From positions 106,974 to 170,973 of the forward strand of contig CALKEQ010000001.1 of the NCBI GenBank assembly GCA_938084905.1: a DNA stretch of 64,000 nucleotides. Direction: 5' to 3'. The notes under the pieces are model-generated. The model saw nothing but the letters and a program-made list of their open reading frames with translations, was not told where the DNA came from and made no database searches. The position numbers and the translations under genes were made by a program. The stretch is from an uncultured bacterium (GTDB lineage: Bacteria > Desulfobacterota > Syntrophorhabdia > Syntrophorhabdales > JANXAF01). Positions within the stretch are counted from its first letter, which is position 1. Each line of letters starts with the position of its first letter. This document shows positions 8,264-17,963 of this stretch, in pieces.

Positions 8264-9285
8264 AAACTTCCCTCAATTAGAATCTTGAAGAACTTCTCCT
8301 CATCCGGGGTCACTATATCTTTTGCCTCTTCCCCATTACCGAGAAGTGCGACTGGTAGACCTGTTTTAAGCATGTGTGTGAGTATGTGACCGGAACAGGG
8401 CTCCTCGTCGACCTTTGTAAAAACGACGCCAGATGTGAATTTTTTATATCTTTCCCAGTAGAAAACTATTTTCTCATCCCTTGCGCTTGCTGGTAGGACA
8501 AGTATTTTTTCGACCATAGGCCCGAGCCTCTCAAGAATACGGTCGCATTCGGAAAAATGGCAATCAACGATAATTTTTTTAGTCGAGCCAAGAGAAATTT
8601 TTTCAATGATCTCTTCCTCTGAATGGACAAAAAGAGTAGTTGGATAGGCATCATCTGGAATGCTCAACAGATCGGGAATAGATTTTTTCTCCCTACCCAA
8701 AAAAGATATCAGGCAAACTGAAAAACCGAGCTCTCTGAAGATGTGTGAAAGTTTACTTGCCGTAAGGGTCTTTCCGCCTTCCTTTGGACCGAAGAGGATC
8801 ACAGGACTTTTATCCTTTTTTATCTCGTACAATCTAACCTTCCTTTTTATCACGTTCTTGGTAAAGAAATAGGCCTTCGTCATGCTATCTATCATATCTC
8901 CTGCTTCCTTGTACACCTGTGATATTAGATCTAACGCGATCTTTGGATCTAGGCCATTTCTTTTCATTTTCTCGAAAAGTGTCCTAAGAGGAAGAGGATA
9001 ATCTTCGATTCTCTTAAGAAGCAAGTATCTTTCCAAATTTGAAAAAGACTCATTTACCGCAGAAGATAAAGTCTCCCAAACCTCCTCTATTTTTCTTCTG
9101 ACCGTATCGGGAGGGAAAAAGAGCTCACCCTTTTCTTCCTCCACAAGAACTGAAATCTCACATCCCGCAGAACCGTTCTTTCCAAAAGTCCTCACATCTA
9201 CGATCAGAGCATGGGGCCCATGTTTCTCCTTTATCAATTCCATCCCTCTTTTTATATCCTCAAACACGTACGTTTTAGTCCTCAT
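8239..9285 (-). CDS. flhF: FlhF-like SRP-family protein with degenerate GTPase motifs
   Basis: FlhF-type N-terminus (MRTKTYVFEDIKRGMELIKEKHGPHALIV), TKVDE G4 motif, position between flhA and flhG; G1-G3 altered. Confidence 0.85.
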   Translation of the reverse strand: MRTKTYVFEDIKRGMELIKEKHGPHALIVDVRTFGKNGSAGCEISVLVEEEKGELFFPPDTVRRKIEEVWETLSSAVNESFSNLERYLLLKRIEDYPLPLRTLFEKMKRNGLDPKIALDLISQVYKEAGDMIDSMTKAYFFTKNVIKRKVRLYEIKKDKSPVILFGPKEGGKTLTASKLSHIFRELGFSVCLISFLGREKKSIPDLLSIPDDAYPTTLFVHSEEEIIEKISLGSTKKIIVDCHFSECDRILERLGPMVEKILVLPASARDEKIVFYWERYKKFTSGVVFTKVDEEPCSGHILTHMLKTGLPVALLGNGEEAKDIVTPDEEKFFKILIEGSLWMVREGR

Positions 9286-11320
9286 CTAACTTTATCACTC
9301 CAAGCGACTGTATTTTTATCTGTGGTGGTATCTCGTTATGGGATATTACGGCTATGCCCTGGATGTATCTATCCAGGAACCTTTTCAATTTAGCTCTAAT
9401 GGAAGGATGAACAAGTATTACAGGCTGAATGTTCTGGATCATCACCTTTTTTGCCTCCTCCCCTAACTTCTCTATCAGCTTCTGGGTCACATTCAAATCC
9501 AGAGCTATAAAAGAACCATGTTCCGTTGTCTTCAGACTATTTATGAGTTTTTCCTCAAGGGACCTCTCAAATATCATCACATTAAGTACACCGTCAATAA
9601 GATAGGGTTTGAGTATGCTTCTTGCCATCCTCTGCCTCACGTACTCTGTCATCGCTTCTGGATCCTTCGTAGTTAGAGATATATCGGCGATTGCCTCAAG
9701 AATAGTCACAAGGTCCCTTATAGAAACCTGTTCTCTTAGAAGATTTTGCAGAACCTTCTGAATAATACCAACATTCACGTTGTTCTGGGTAAGCTCCTCC
9801 ACAACCTTCTGATGGAGCTGGGAGACGCTATCGATAAGCTTTTGAGTCTCCTGCCTTGTCAATAGCTCATGGGCATTGTTTCTTATGATTTCAGTTAGGT
9901 GAGTAGCTATTACGGTTGAGTGGTCAACGACTGTGAAGCCTTCAGATACGTATCTTTCCCTATCTTTCTCCTTTATCCAGTAAGCCTCAAGACCGAAGAC
10001 AGGTTCCCTTGTTGGGATACCATCTGTTATTTTCTTCCTCTCATCCTGACTCATTGCGAGTAAATGTCCTAAGAGGAGCTCTCCCCTGCCAACCTCCACT
10101 CCTTTAATAAGTATTACGTATTCTCCGCTTTTAAGCTGGAGATTATCCCTCACCTTCATTGGAGGCACAACTATCCCAAGTTCGAAGGCCATCTGTCTTC
10201 TTATTCCCCTTATTTTGTCCAGGAGTTCACCATTTTGTTCCGTATCCACAATTGGAATAAGACCGTAGCCTATTTCAATTTCAAGAAGCTCAAGAGGTTC
10301 AAAAAGATCCTGCCTTTCCGAAGTCTTTTCTTCTTTAGTTTTCGGCAAACTGGAAAGCTCCTTTTCACGCGCCTTTTTCATCATGTAACCTGCTCCAAAG
10401 GTGACAAAGGAGAGCAAAATAAAGGGTATTAAAGGAATTCCGGGGATAAATCCAAGAGAAAAGATAATAAAGGAGGCCAAAAGAATGGCCCTTGGCTGAG
10501 TGAAAAGTTGACTTATCACGTCTCTTCCAAGGTCCGAATCTGAAGCTGCCCTTGTTACTATTATTCCTGCAGCTGTAGATGTGATAAGCGCCGGTATTTG
10601 ACTCACAAGTCCATCTCCTATTGTCAAAATAGTGTAGATGGATAAGGCATTCTCTACGCTAAGTCCTCTCTGAACAACTCCTATTATTAGACCTCCAATG
10701 ATGTTGATGAATATTATCACTATTCCCGCTATAGCGTCTCCTCGTACGAATTTACTCGCTCCATCCATGGCTCCGTAGAAATCGGCCTCCCTTTCAATCC
10801 TTTCCCTCCTTCTTCTTGCCTCCTTATCATCTATTAAGCCCGCATTCAGATCTGCGTCTATACTCATCTGTTTACCTGGCATAGCATCCAAAGTAAACCT
10901 TGCCGCAACTTCAGCAATCCTTCCAGCTCCTTTTGTTATAACAACGAAGTTGATAACGACAAGTATAAGGAAAACGACCGCTCCAACCACGTAATTCCCA
11001 CCGATTATGAAAGACCCAAAGGCCTTGATAATCTTTCCCGCAGCATCCGCGCCTGAGTCTCCTTTGAGGAGTATAAGTCTCGTTGTGGCTATATTGAGTG
11101 AAAGTCTAAAGAGTGTAACAAGCAGAAGCAAAGAAGGAAAAACTGAGAAATCTAGTGGTTTTCTTATGTACATTGCTATGAAGAGGACAAGAAGGGAGAT
11201 ACACATGCTCAAAGTGAGTAAGACATCTACTAAAAACGGTGTAAGAGGGATTATCATAATCAGGATTACAAAGACTATTGATACTGCTACGACTATGTCG
11301 CTTTTCTGCTTTCCTGCCAT
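9275..11320 (-). CDS. flhA: flagellar export gate protein FlhA
   Basis: RIAEVAARFTLDAMPGKQMSIDADL, FYGAMDGASKFVRGDA. Confidence 0.98.
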   Translation of the reverse strand: MAGKQKSDIVVAVSIVFVILIMIIPLTPFLVDVLLTLSMCISLLVLFIAMYIRKPLDFSVFPSLLLLVTLFRLSLNIATTRLILLKGDSGADAAGKIIKAFGSFIIGGNYVVGAVVFLILVVINFVVITKGAGRIAEVAARFTLDAMPGKQMSIDADLNAGLIDDKEARRRRERIEREADFYGAMDGASKFVRGDAIAGIVIIFINIIGGLIIGVVQRGLSVENALSIYTILTIGDGLVSQIPALITSTAAGIIVTRAASDSDLGRDVISQLFTQPRAILLASFIIFSLGFIPGIPLIPFILLSFVTFGAGYMMKKAREKELSSLPKTKEEKTSERQDLFEPLELLEIEIGYGLIPIVDTEQNGELLDKIRGIRRQMAFELGIVVPPMKVRDNLQLKSGEYVILIKGVEVGRGELLLGHLLAMSQDERKKITDGIPTREPVFGLEAYWIKEKDRERYVSEGFTVVDHSTVIATHLTEIIRNNAHELLTRQETQKLIDSVSQLHQKVVEELTQNNVNVGIIQKVLQNLLREQVSIRDLVTILEAIADISLTTKDPEAMTEYVRQRMARSILKPYLIDGVLNVMIFERSLEEKLINSLKTTEHGSFIALDLNVTQKLIEKLGEEAKKVMIQNIQPVILVHPSIRAKLKRFLDRYIQGIAVISHNEIPPQIKIQSLGVIKLDED

Positions 11321-12385
11321 TTAACTTACGATCCTTCCTTTCATCCTGTAAACTTGGGCAAGAATCTCCGCCACAACGAGGTAGAACTTCTCTGGTATGT
11401 AATCTCCCACCTCAACAGCAAAAAAAAGGGTCTGTGCCAAAATCTTGTTTTCAATTACAGGAACCATATTGCTTATAGCCACCTGCTTTATCTTCTCCGC
11501 TATAAATCCAGCACCCTTAGCCACAACCAAAGGTGCGGGCATCTTCCCCATTTCATACTTGAGAGCAACAGCGTAATGGATGGGGTTCGTTATAACCACA
11601 TCCGCCTTTTTTACCTCCTCAATCATTCGCTTCCTTGCCAATGCTCTCTGCATAGCTCTTATTCTCGATTTTACAAGTGGGTTCCCTTCCCTTTCCTTGT
11701 ACTCCTCTTTAAGCTCTTGACGGGTCATCATAAGGTCCTTTATGTATTGCCATCTCTGGAAAAGGTAGTCGATCCCAGAGAGAAGTAAAAAGAGAATGCC
11801 CAGTTTTAAAGTCAGATTGAAGATCTGAAAGCCCGCGTACTGAAGTAGGTGATTCGGATCCGATCCGGTGAGGGAGAGGATGTGAAAAAGTTCCCTTCTT
11901 ATAAACATGAAGACGAAAACTGCAAGAATGGCAATTTTTATGATGGATTTTAGTACCTCAAATATTGACCTTTTGGAGAGGAGCCTCTTTATCCCTTCAA
12001 CAGGATTCAGGTTCTGAAAATTGAATTTCAATCTCTCAAAGGAGAAAACGAATCCTGTCTGGATAATATAGCCGAATACAGAAACGAAAACCAGAACGGA
12101 AAAAACGGGAATCATGATCTTCGCCCAGAAATAGATCGAATCACCTCCGATCTTTCTCATTGTCTCCAAGTCTAGCTCCAATCTTGATGATCCTAACATC
12201 CAAGTGTAGAACTTGAAAGTCTGCTCAAAGGCTCTTGAAATGGAAAAGTAAAGAAAGACTGATAGGATTATTATCACCAGAGAGGCCGGAATCTCCCTTG
12301 AGACTGCAACGTGTCCTTTCTTTCTTGCGTCTTCAATCCTTTTCTCTGTTGGTTTTTCAGTTTTCTCCTGATACGTCTCAGCCAT
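11321..12385 (-). CDS. flhB: flagellar export switch protein FlhB
   Basis: EKTEKPTEKR, EREGNP, TNPIHYAVAL (NPTH-like autocleavage site). Confidence 0.97.
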   Translation of the reverse strand: MAETYQEKTEKPTEKRIEDARKKGHVAVSREIPASLVIIILSVFLYFSISRAFEQTFKFYTWMLGSSRLELDLETMRKIGGDSIYFWAKIMIPVFSVLVFVSVFGYIIQTGFVFSFERLKFNFQNLNPVEGIKRLLSKRSIFEVLKSIIKIAILAVFVFMFIRRELFHILSLTGSDPNHLLQYAGFQIFNLTLKLGILFLLLSGIDYLFQRWQYIKDLMMTRQELKEEYKEREGNPLVKSRIRAMQRALARKRMIEEVKKADVVITNPIHYAVALKYEMGKMPAPLVVAKGAGFIAEKIKQVAISNMVPVIENKILAQTLFFAVEVGDYIPEKFYLVVAEILAQVYRMKGRIVS

Positions 12386-12395
12386 TTTGGCCCTA

Positions 12396-13157
12396 CTAAA
12401 TGAGTCTTATAACTCTAAAAACGTCTCTCTCAATGCCATTGAAAACCCTGCCCAAATAGGGGACAAAAAAGCTGAGTGAGAAGGAAAGCACAGAAATGGC
12501 GATGAGTGCTTTCAATGGAAGACCTTCAATAAATATGTTCATCTGTGGAACCATCCTGGCAAGTAAAGTGAGAGTAAACTCGACAAGTAGAAGGACGACT
12601 ATAACTGGCGCTCCAATCTTTAATCCCAGAACGAATATCCTTCCCACAATCTCAGACATGAAGAGAAAAATCCCTGATTTAAAAGAAAGAGGACCAAGAG
12701 GAACTAGATCGAAGGAGGTAAGAAGACCTCTAATTAAATGATGATGAGCATCTACGCTGAAGAATACGATAACAGCCAAAAGGTTCTTTAGGCTCTCTAT
12801 AACAGACACATGGGTCATGGAGGCCGGGTCCATGAACCTGGCAAAGCTTAAACCAGTCTGAACTGCTATCACATCTCCAGCTGCGAAAACTGCGGAGAAT
12901 ATCACGCGAATTACAAAACCCATACTCATGCCGATCAATATCTCCTTGAATATGGCTTCCAGAATGAAAAAATCTCCGTAATCTTTGAGTTGAAACTGAA
13001 CATGCTCGAAAATGGCATAACCTATTGCAAGAGAAAGAGTAGACTTAAAGGCAATTGAGACTGTCCTTGAAGAGAACAATGGCACAAGAGAAAGGACGGA
13101 AAGAATCCTCAAAAAAATGAGAAAAAATTTGAGGCTTAGAGGCCCCACCTCTATCAT
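12396..13157 (-). CDS. fliR: flagellar export protein FliR
   Basis: Hydrophobic; QTGLSFA..MDP, ARMVPQMNIF..GLP. Confidence 0.93.
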   Translation of the reverse strand: MIEVGPLSLKFFLIFLRILSVLSLVPLFSSRTVSIAFKSTLSLAIGYAIFEHVQFQLKDYGDFFILEAIFKEILIGMSMGFVIRVIFSAVFAAGDVIAVQTGLSFARFMDPASMTHVSVIESLKNLLAVIVFFSVDAHHHLIRGLLTSFDLVPLGPLSFKSGIFLFMSEIVGRIFVLGLKIGAPVIVVLLLVEFTLTLLARMVPQMNIFIEGLPLKALIAISVLSFSLSFFVPYLGRVFNGIERDVFRVIRLI

Positions 13158-13162
13158 TACTT

Positions 13163-13432
13163 CTACCTCACATAGACAGGGATATTTGAAATCAGATTGC
13201 TTGTGTAGCTCACAAGTACGTTAAGCATCCACGGAGAGAGTAAAAAGAGAAATAGAGCTATTATAAGAATCTTTGGGACAAAGACTAAGGTAATCTCATG
13301 GATCTGGGTTGCTGCCTGAAAAATCGCAACAATGAGGCCTGTGAACAAAGCGCCAAGAAGAAGAGGCGCGGACAAAATAAAGGCGGTTTTCAAAAGGTCC
13401 CTAAAAACGGTGATCACAAGATCTTGACTCAT
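13163..13432 (-). CDS. fliQ: flagellar export protein FliQ
   Basis: FQAATQIHEITLVFVPK; start reassigned to ATG 13432 behind an AGGAGG SD. Confidence 0.95.
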   Translation of the reverse strand: MSQDLVITVFRDLLKTAFILSAPLLLGALFTGLIVAIFQAATQIHEITLVFVPKILIIALFLFLLSPWMLNVLVSYTSNLISNIPVYVR

Positions 13433-13440
13433 GGATCCTC

Positions 13441-14184
13441 CTAATAAAAACTTTTCAAAATCGAACCTATAAGCAGATTCCACCCGTCTACCAAAACAAA
13501 AAGCATAAGTTTGAAAGGTAGGGAGATGAAAATTGGCGGAAGCATCATCATACCTGCTGAGACAAGCACGCTTGCCACAACCATGTCTATGATAAGAAAG
13601 GGGACGTAGATGAGAAAACCCATCTGAAAAGCCCTTTTAAGTTCGCTTAGGGCAAAAGCGGGAACGAGGGCAGAAAATGGGACATCCTTTTCATTTTTCG
13701 GTCTCGGTGCCTTAGTTGCTTGTAAAAAAAGGGCGAGATCCTTCTCCTTTGTAAATTTGAGCATAAATGCACTCAAATGTTCCTTAGAACGGGAAAGGAA
13801 CTCTTCATGCGATATCTTGTTCTCAAGGTATGGGGCAAAAGCCTCTGTGTGTATTCTTTCATAAGTTGGGGACATGATAAAAAAGGTTAGAAACAGGGAA
13901 AGTCCGATTATAACCTGATTGGGAGGCAGCTGAGGTATGCCTATGGCCTGCCTGAGGAGGGAAAGGACAATTACTATTCTTGTAAAAGACGTCATAAGAA
14001 GAAGGATGGATGGTAAAAAAGCGAGGAGCGTAAGGATTATGATTACGCTCATTAGGCTTTTGGCTTCTCCTTTGATGATCGATGGGAATATGTCCTTCTT
14101 TTCCTGAGCCTTTGTTTGGCCTGAAGCCAGGGTAGGATAGATGAGTACGGACAAACTAATGAACAAGATAAATATCACTCTCAT
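13441..14184 (-). CDS. fliP: flagellar export protein FliP
   Basis: MTSFTRIVIV, PPNQV, GMMMLPP, LPFKLMLFVLVDGW; start at ATG 14184 overlapping the fliO stop. Confidence 0.97.
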   Translation of the reverse strand: MRVIFILFISLSVLIYPTLASGQTKAQEKKDIFPSIIKGEAKSLMSVIIILTLLAFLPSILLLMTSFTRIVIVLSLLRQAIGIPQLPPNQVIIGLSLFLTFFIMSPTYERIHTEAFAPYLENKISHEEFLSRSKEHLSAFMLKFTKEKDLALFLQATKAPRPKNEKDVPFSALVPAFALSELKRAFQMGFLIYVPFLIIDMVVASVLVSAGMMMLPPIFISLPFKLMLFVLVDGWNLLIGSILKSFY

Positions 14185-14453
14185 TCTTTTTCTTCCTTTC
14201 GCCATTTAGCGAGGAGGCGTATCTCCTTGTCGGTTACTCCCAAAACTAGGATCCTATCCTTTACCTCAACAACTGAAACAAACTTCCTATATCCAAGATG
14301 GACGGTATCGAGCCTCTTTAGGGATCCGTTCTCTTTTTTATTTTCTCCACCTAGAAAAAACGTCAATCCACGATTTTTAATCACGGCAAAAAGGCCTATT
14401 GTACCTATGAGAAAAAGGACGACTTTTAAAATTCCAGTGTATAGCTCTTCCAT
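14181..14453 (-). CDS. fliO: flagellar protein FliO
   Basis: One TM plus LGYRKFVSVVEVKDRILVLGVT; lies between fliN and fliP. Confidence 0.85.
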   Translation of the reverse strand: MEELYTGILKVVLFLIGTIGLFAVIKNRGLTFFLGGENKKENGSLKRLDTVHLGYRKFVSVVEVKDRILVLGVTDKEIRLLAKWRKEEKE

Positions 14454-14728
14454 CAGCCTAATTTCTGAACCCTTTCTTTAGGTGTGACAATCTCAAGGAT
14501 TCTTACACCTAAACGCTCGTTCGCCACAACTATCTCACCTTTACCGAGCAGTCTATCATTCACGTATATATCAACGGGATCCTCGGCCATTTTATCCAGT
14601 TCAACTATCGAACCCCTATTGAGGGAGAGGAGTTCTCCTATGGTCATTTTTGATCTTCCAATCTCCACAGAGATCTCAATTGGGATGTCCAAAATTCCCT
14701 CAATGTCCAATTTTTCGGGTTTCTCCAT
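14453..14728 (-). CDS. fliN: C-ring protein FliN
   Basis: ILDIPIEISVEIGR, GEIVVANERLGVRI SpoA domain. Confidence 0.96.
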   Translation of the reverse strand: MEKPEKLDIEGILDIPIEISVEIGRSKMTIGELLSLNRGSIVELDKMAEDPVDIYVNDRLLGKGEIVVANERLGVRILEIVTPKERVQKLG

Positions 14729-14738
14729 CCCTTCCTCC

Positions 14739-15710
14739 CTAATGATCGTATATTCTCTCTATTTTTACTGCCTTTAACCCTTTATACGCACCTATCCTTC
14801 CCTCAAATTTTGGCTTATTTTCAATTTCTATAACCACCGGATCCTCAACAAACTTATCGAGAAGAAAAAGGGAACCGGGTTTCAGTTCAAGGAAATCTTT
14901 AAGTACCATACTTTTTCGACCAAGAATCGCCCTCGCATCAAGAGGTACATCCTTTACCCTTTCGAAGAGTTTCTCGAACCATTTTTTTCTCATATCCATG
15001 TCTTCCCTCGAAGGGGTCGTAAGAAGATGATCTTTTATGGTCTCCAATATGTTGTAAGGTATGCATATTTTCATCCATCCATTTACGCTTGCCACTGAAA
15101 CTGAAAATTCACATACGCATACCGTCTCTTCCGGAGAAATGAGAGTTATAAATGCAGGGTTCATCTCTGACCTGGAGTACCTGCAACTAATTCTGTAAAC
15201 CGGCTCCCAGGCCTTCTCCATCTCCGTGCTTACGATTTCTAAAACCTTCCTTATTACCCCAAGCTCAATTTTTGTGAATTCCCTTCCCTCCACTCTCGGA
15301 GGGGTAACATCTGCAGCTCCAAAGAGAATTTCCAGAATTGCAAAAATTATCTTTGCGTCAAAAACTACTATGAAAAAACCTTTAAGGTTCTCCGTGACCA
15401 GTACATTCATGTTCGTAGGAAGAGGCAGGCTTCTTACGAATTCTTCGTACCTTATGTACTGGATTGGCTTTAACTCAACCTCAACGTCCTCTTCTATAAA
15501 TACTGAAAGCGAAGACTGGAATGACTTTCCGAATCTGTCAAAAATGAACTGAAGGGCAGGCAAGTGTTCTCTTCTTGTCTTTGCATGTCTTATAAAGTCA
15601 AAGCGCCTTAATTCCCGATGTCCGACCTTTTCCTCTTTAAGTGGAATCTCACCTTCGGAGAGGCCCTTAAGCAGGGCATCGATTTCTTCCTGAGTCAGTA
15701 TCTGTTCCAT
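14739..15710 (-). CDS. fliM: C-ring protein FliM
   Basis: LTQEEIDALL CheY-binding motif, GREFTKIE, RSEMNP. Confidence 0.96.
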   Translation of the reverse strand: MEQILTQEEIDALLKGLSEGEIPLKEEKVGHRELRRFDFIRHAKTRREHLPALQFIFDRFGKSFQSSLSVFIEEDVEVELKPIQYIRYEEFVRSLPLPTNMNVLVTENLKGFFIVVFDAKIIFAILEILFGAADVTPPRVEGREFTKIELGVIRKVLEIVSTEMEKAWEPVYRISCRYSRSEMNPAFITLISPEETVCVCEFSVSVASVNGWMKICIPYNILETIKDHLLTTPSREDMDMRKKWFEKLFERVKDVPLDARAILGRKSMVLKDFLELKPGSLFLLDKFVEDPVVIEIENKPKFEGRIGAYKGLKAVKIERIYDH

Positions 15711-15717
15711 CCTTCTC

Positions 15718-16200
15718 CTACTGGATCACAATGTCAGTTATGTAAACTGCTTTTACACTACCCTCATCCTCAAATAATCCCTTTATCTTTTCCCCTATCT
15801 CCGATTTTATTGACTCTCTCTGCGCCACATCTAGAAGCGTCTCTGCTGTCTTCGATGAAAGTGTGGAAATAATCCTGTCTCTTAGGGCTGGTACTATTTT
15901 CTTTGCCTCATCAAGAGTTTTCTGATCCTTAAGCTCTAAGCTGATCGAAATCTTCGCGTATCTCTGCAGGCTCCCGGAAAGGTTGAGCAAAAAAGGATCA
16001 AGTGTTAGAATGGCACCAGGTTTTCCCTCTTTTTTCTGTACTTTTGGAACTTCCGCTTTTTCTCCCTTTTTCAATATCCTTTCTCCGTAAAGAAAATACG
16101 CACCCAATGAGGCCCCACCAAAAAGGATAACGAGAATCACGAGAAGTATTAGGGCCTTAGGCTTCTTTTTCTTTTGTATCTCTTTTTCTTCCTCTTTCAT
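15718..16200 (-). CDS. fliL: flagellar basal body protein FliL
   Basis: Single TM, LDPFLLNL, C-terminal VYITDIVIQ. Confidence 0.93.
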   Translation of the reverse strand: MKEEEKEIQKKKKPKALILLVILVILFGGASLGAYFLYGERILKKGEKAEVPKVQKKEGKPGAILTLDPFLLNLSGSLQRYAKISISLELKDQKTLDEAKKIVPALRDRIISTLSSKTAETLLDVAQRESIKSEIGEKIKGLFEDEGSVKAVYITDIVIQ

Positions 16201-16235
16201 CTTCCTCTCCTAAAGAAGGTTCACATCAGAGCAGA

Positions 16236-16250
16236 GCAATATGCGTGCCA
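16236..16250 (-). promoter_or_regulatory. sigma54 -24/-12 promoter for the fliL-fliA operon
   Basis: Minus strand TGGCACGCATATTGC, a perfect GG-N10-GC match. Confidence 0.9.
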
Positions 16251-16302
16251 GATTAAAATCCTTGTTTTTGAGGTGGGTTCTTAGTTTTTAGAAATTTTTG
16301 GT

Positions 16303-16316
16303 GTCAAATAATTGAC
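16303..16316. promoter_or_regulatory. FleQ/FlrA-type enhancer box
   Basis: GTCAA-ATAA-TTGAC about 55 bp upstream of the sigma54 promoter; same core recurs at 28430 and 30138. Confidence 0.7.
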
Positions 16317-16318
16317 GG

Positions 16319-16350
16319 GGGATGGGGTCTTATGAGAGACCCCTCATCCC
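16319..16350 (-). terminator. GC-rich hairpin after flgE (terminator or stabiliser)
   Basis: GGGATGAGGGGTCT/AGACCCCATCCC bulged stem right after the flgE stop; no strong U tract. Confidence 0.45.
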
Positions 16351-16355
16351 TCACG

Positions 16356-17951
16356 TTACCTCTTTATGTTCATCAGTTCCGTCAGTATCTCGTCAGTTGT
16401 GGTTATGATTCTTGCATTTGCTTGGAATCCCCTTTGAGCAACGATTAGTTTTACAAACTCTGTGGCAAGATCTACATTCGACTGTTCAAGGGAATTTGGA
16501 TTTATCTTCCCCAGTCCTCCAGACCCAGGGGAATTGGTGTAAGCAGGGCCAGATTCAACAGTTTCAGAGTAAAGATTGGCACCCTCCTTGTAAAGTGCCT
16601 GGGGATTGTTGAATTTTGCGAGGGTGATCTGATAGAGGTCTATTATTTGACCATTAGAGTAGTGGCCAGAGATGACCCCTTCAGAGCTCACTGTGACATT
16701 CATGAGAACTCCGGGAGGGTAGCCGTCCTGGGTCTGAAAATTGGTTGTTGATGCAATCGGATACTGAGTGGATGCTCCTCCACCTGATTTGGAGCCAAAG
16801 ATGAGCTCTATTTTCTGCCCGGGCAAGGCTCCTTGAGAAAAGTTAAACAAAAGAGCCCTTGGCTCACCACCTGAAATGAGAAGACCCCTGTTGTTAAATA
16901 CCAGATTCCCCCAGCCTACCAAAGTATCCCTGTTTGTTGCAGAATCGGCTGCACTTAAGACTGCCATCCATTCCCATGTGCTGTTTCCTGTTGCGGCATC
17001 TTCATGCGATTTGCGGAAGTAGACGTTCACCACATGAGCCTGTCCTAGCGAATCATAGACCGTAATTGAAGATGAATAGTTAGACGTGGAGATCGGGTTA
17101 CGTGTTGAGCTCTCGTAGGAGTAAACGAAGCCCTCCACGGTCATAGTCTGAACCCCTTCTTGAAGGTTCGGGGCTGTAATTATGTCAAGGCCAGAGTTTT
17201 GGAAGTTCGAGTACGTATGATTCGGTTCTATAAGACCCTCATAAGTAAAAACCTCTCCAGTGAGATTACCATCAGGTCCTCTCCTCTGGACGGTAACTCT
17301 AAGAGTATAAGTGCCAGAATTCTCAGTAACCTCGAAGGTGTAGTCGCCTGCAACAGGGTATTTTCCAGCGCTTGGAGAAACTGAGGAGATTGAAGTACCA
17401 CTCCCAGATAATGAAGAAGGAACTACCCCTTTCCATTGGCAATTTGACTGAAGGTTAACAGCCATACCAATGTAGGAGGTTGCACGTGGTTCACTCGGTT
17501 CTGGAGATATTACTATGTCCGTGCTCACACCTACTGGCGTGTTAGTCGTTCTGTCGATCACCCTGCCCTGGAGAACATATCCTGCTGGAGTGGTAAGGTA
17601 CCCCCTTTTGTCGAATCTGAACTGGCCTGCCCTAGTGTAGTAGAGCTGTCCTGTATCGGGAGACCTCACGATGAAGAACCCTTCTCCACCTATTGCCAGA
17701 TCTGTGGGTTCAGAGGTACTCTCGAACGAACCCTGAGAAAAGAGAGTATCCACAGAGCTCAATGCCGTCCCTCTTCCAACCTGAGATGAACCGGAGGATG
17801 TGTAGATTGACTGGTAAAAGACATCCTGAAATGTGGCTCTGCTGGCTTTATAACCTACTGTGTTCACGTTGGCGATATTGTTGCCAGCGATGTTTATGGC
17901 TTGACTGTTGGCGACAAGACCGCTTATTCCTGAGAAAAAGGAGCTTAACAT
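16356..17951 (-). CDS. flgE: flagellar hook protein FlgE (long form, 531 aa)
   Basis: GNNIANVNTVGYK, YYTRAGQF, VYDSLG, LEQSNVDLATEF, QRGFQANAR. Confidence 0.97.
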   Translation of the reverse strand: MLSSFFSGISGLVANSQAINIAGNNIANVNTVGYKASRATFQDVFYQSIYTSSGSSQVGRGTALSSVDTLFSQGSFESTSEPTDLAIGGEGFFIVRSPDTGQLYYTRAGQFRFDKRGYLTTPAGYVLQGRVIDRTTNTPVGVSTDIVISPEPSEPRATSYIGMAVNLQSNCQWKGVVPSSLSGSGTSISSVSPSAGKYPVAGDYTFEVTENSGTYTLRVTVQRRGPDGNLTGEVFTYEGLIEPNHTYSNFQNSGLDIITAPNLQEGVQTMTVEGFVYSYESSTRNPISTSNYSSSITVYDSLGQAHVVNVYFRKSHEDAATGNSTWEWMAVLSAADSATNRDTLVGWGNLVFNNRGLLISGGEPRALLFNFSQGALPGQKIELIFGSKSGGGASTQYPIASTTNFQTQDGYPPGVLMNVTVSSEGVISGHYSNGQIIDLYQITLAKFNNPQALYKEGANLYSETVESGPAYTNSPGSGGLGKINPNSLEQSNVDLATEFVKLIVAQRGFQANARIITTTDEILTELMNIKR

Positions 17952-17963
17952 AGGATCACCTCC

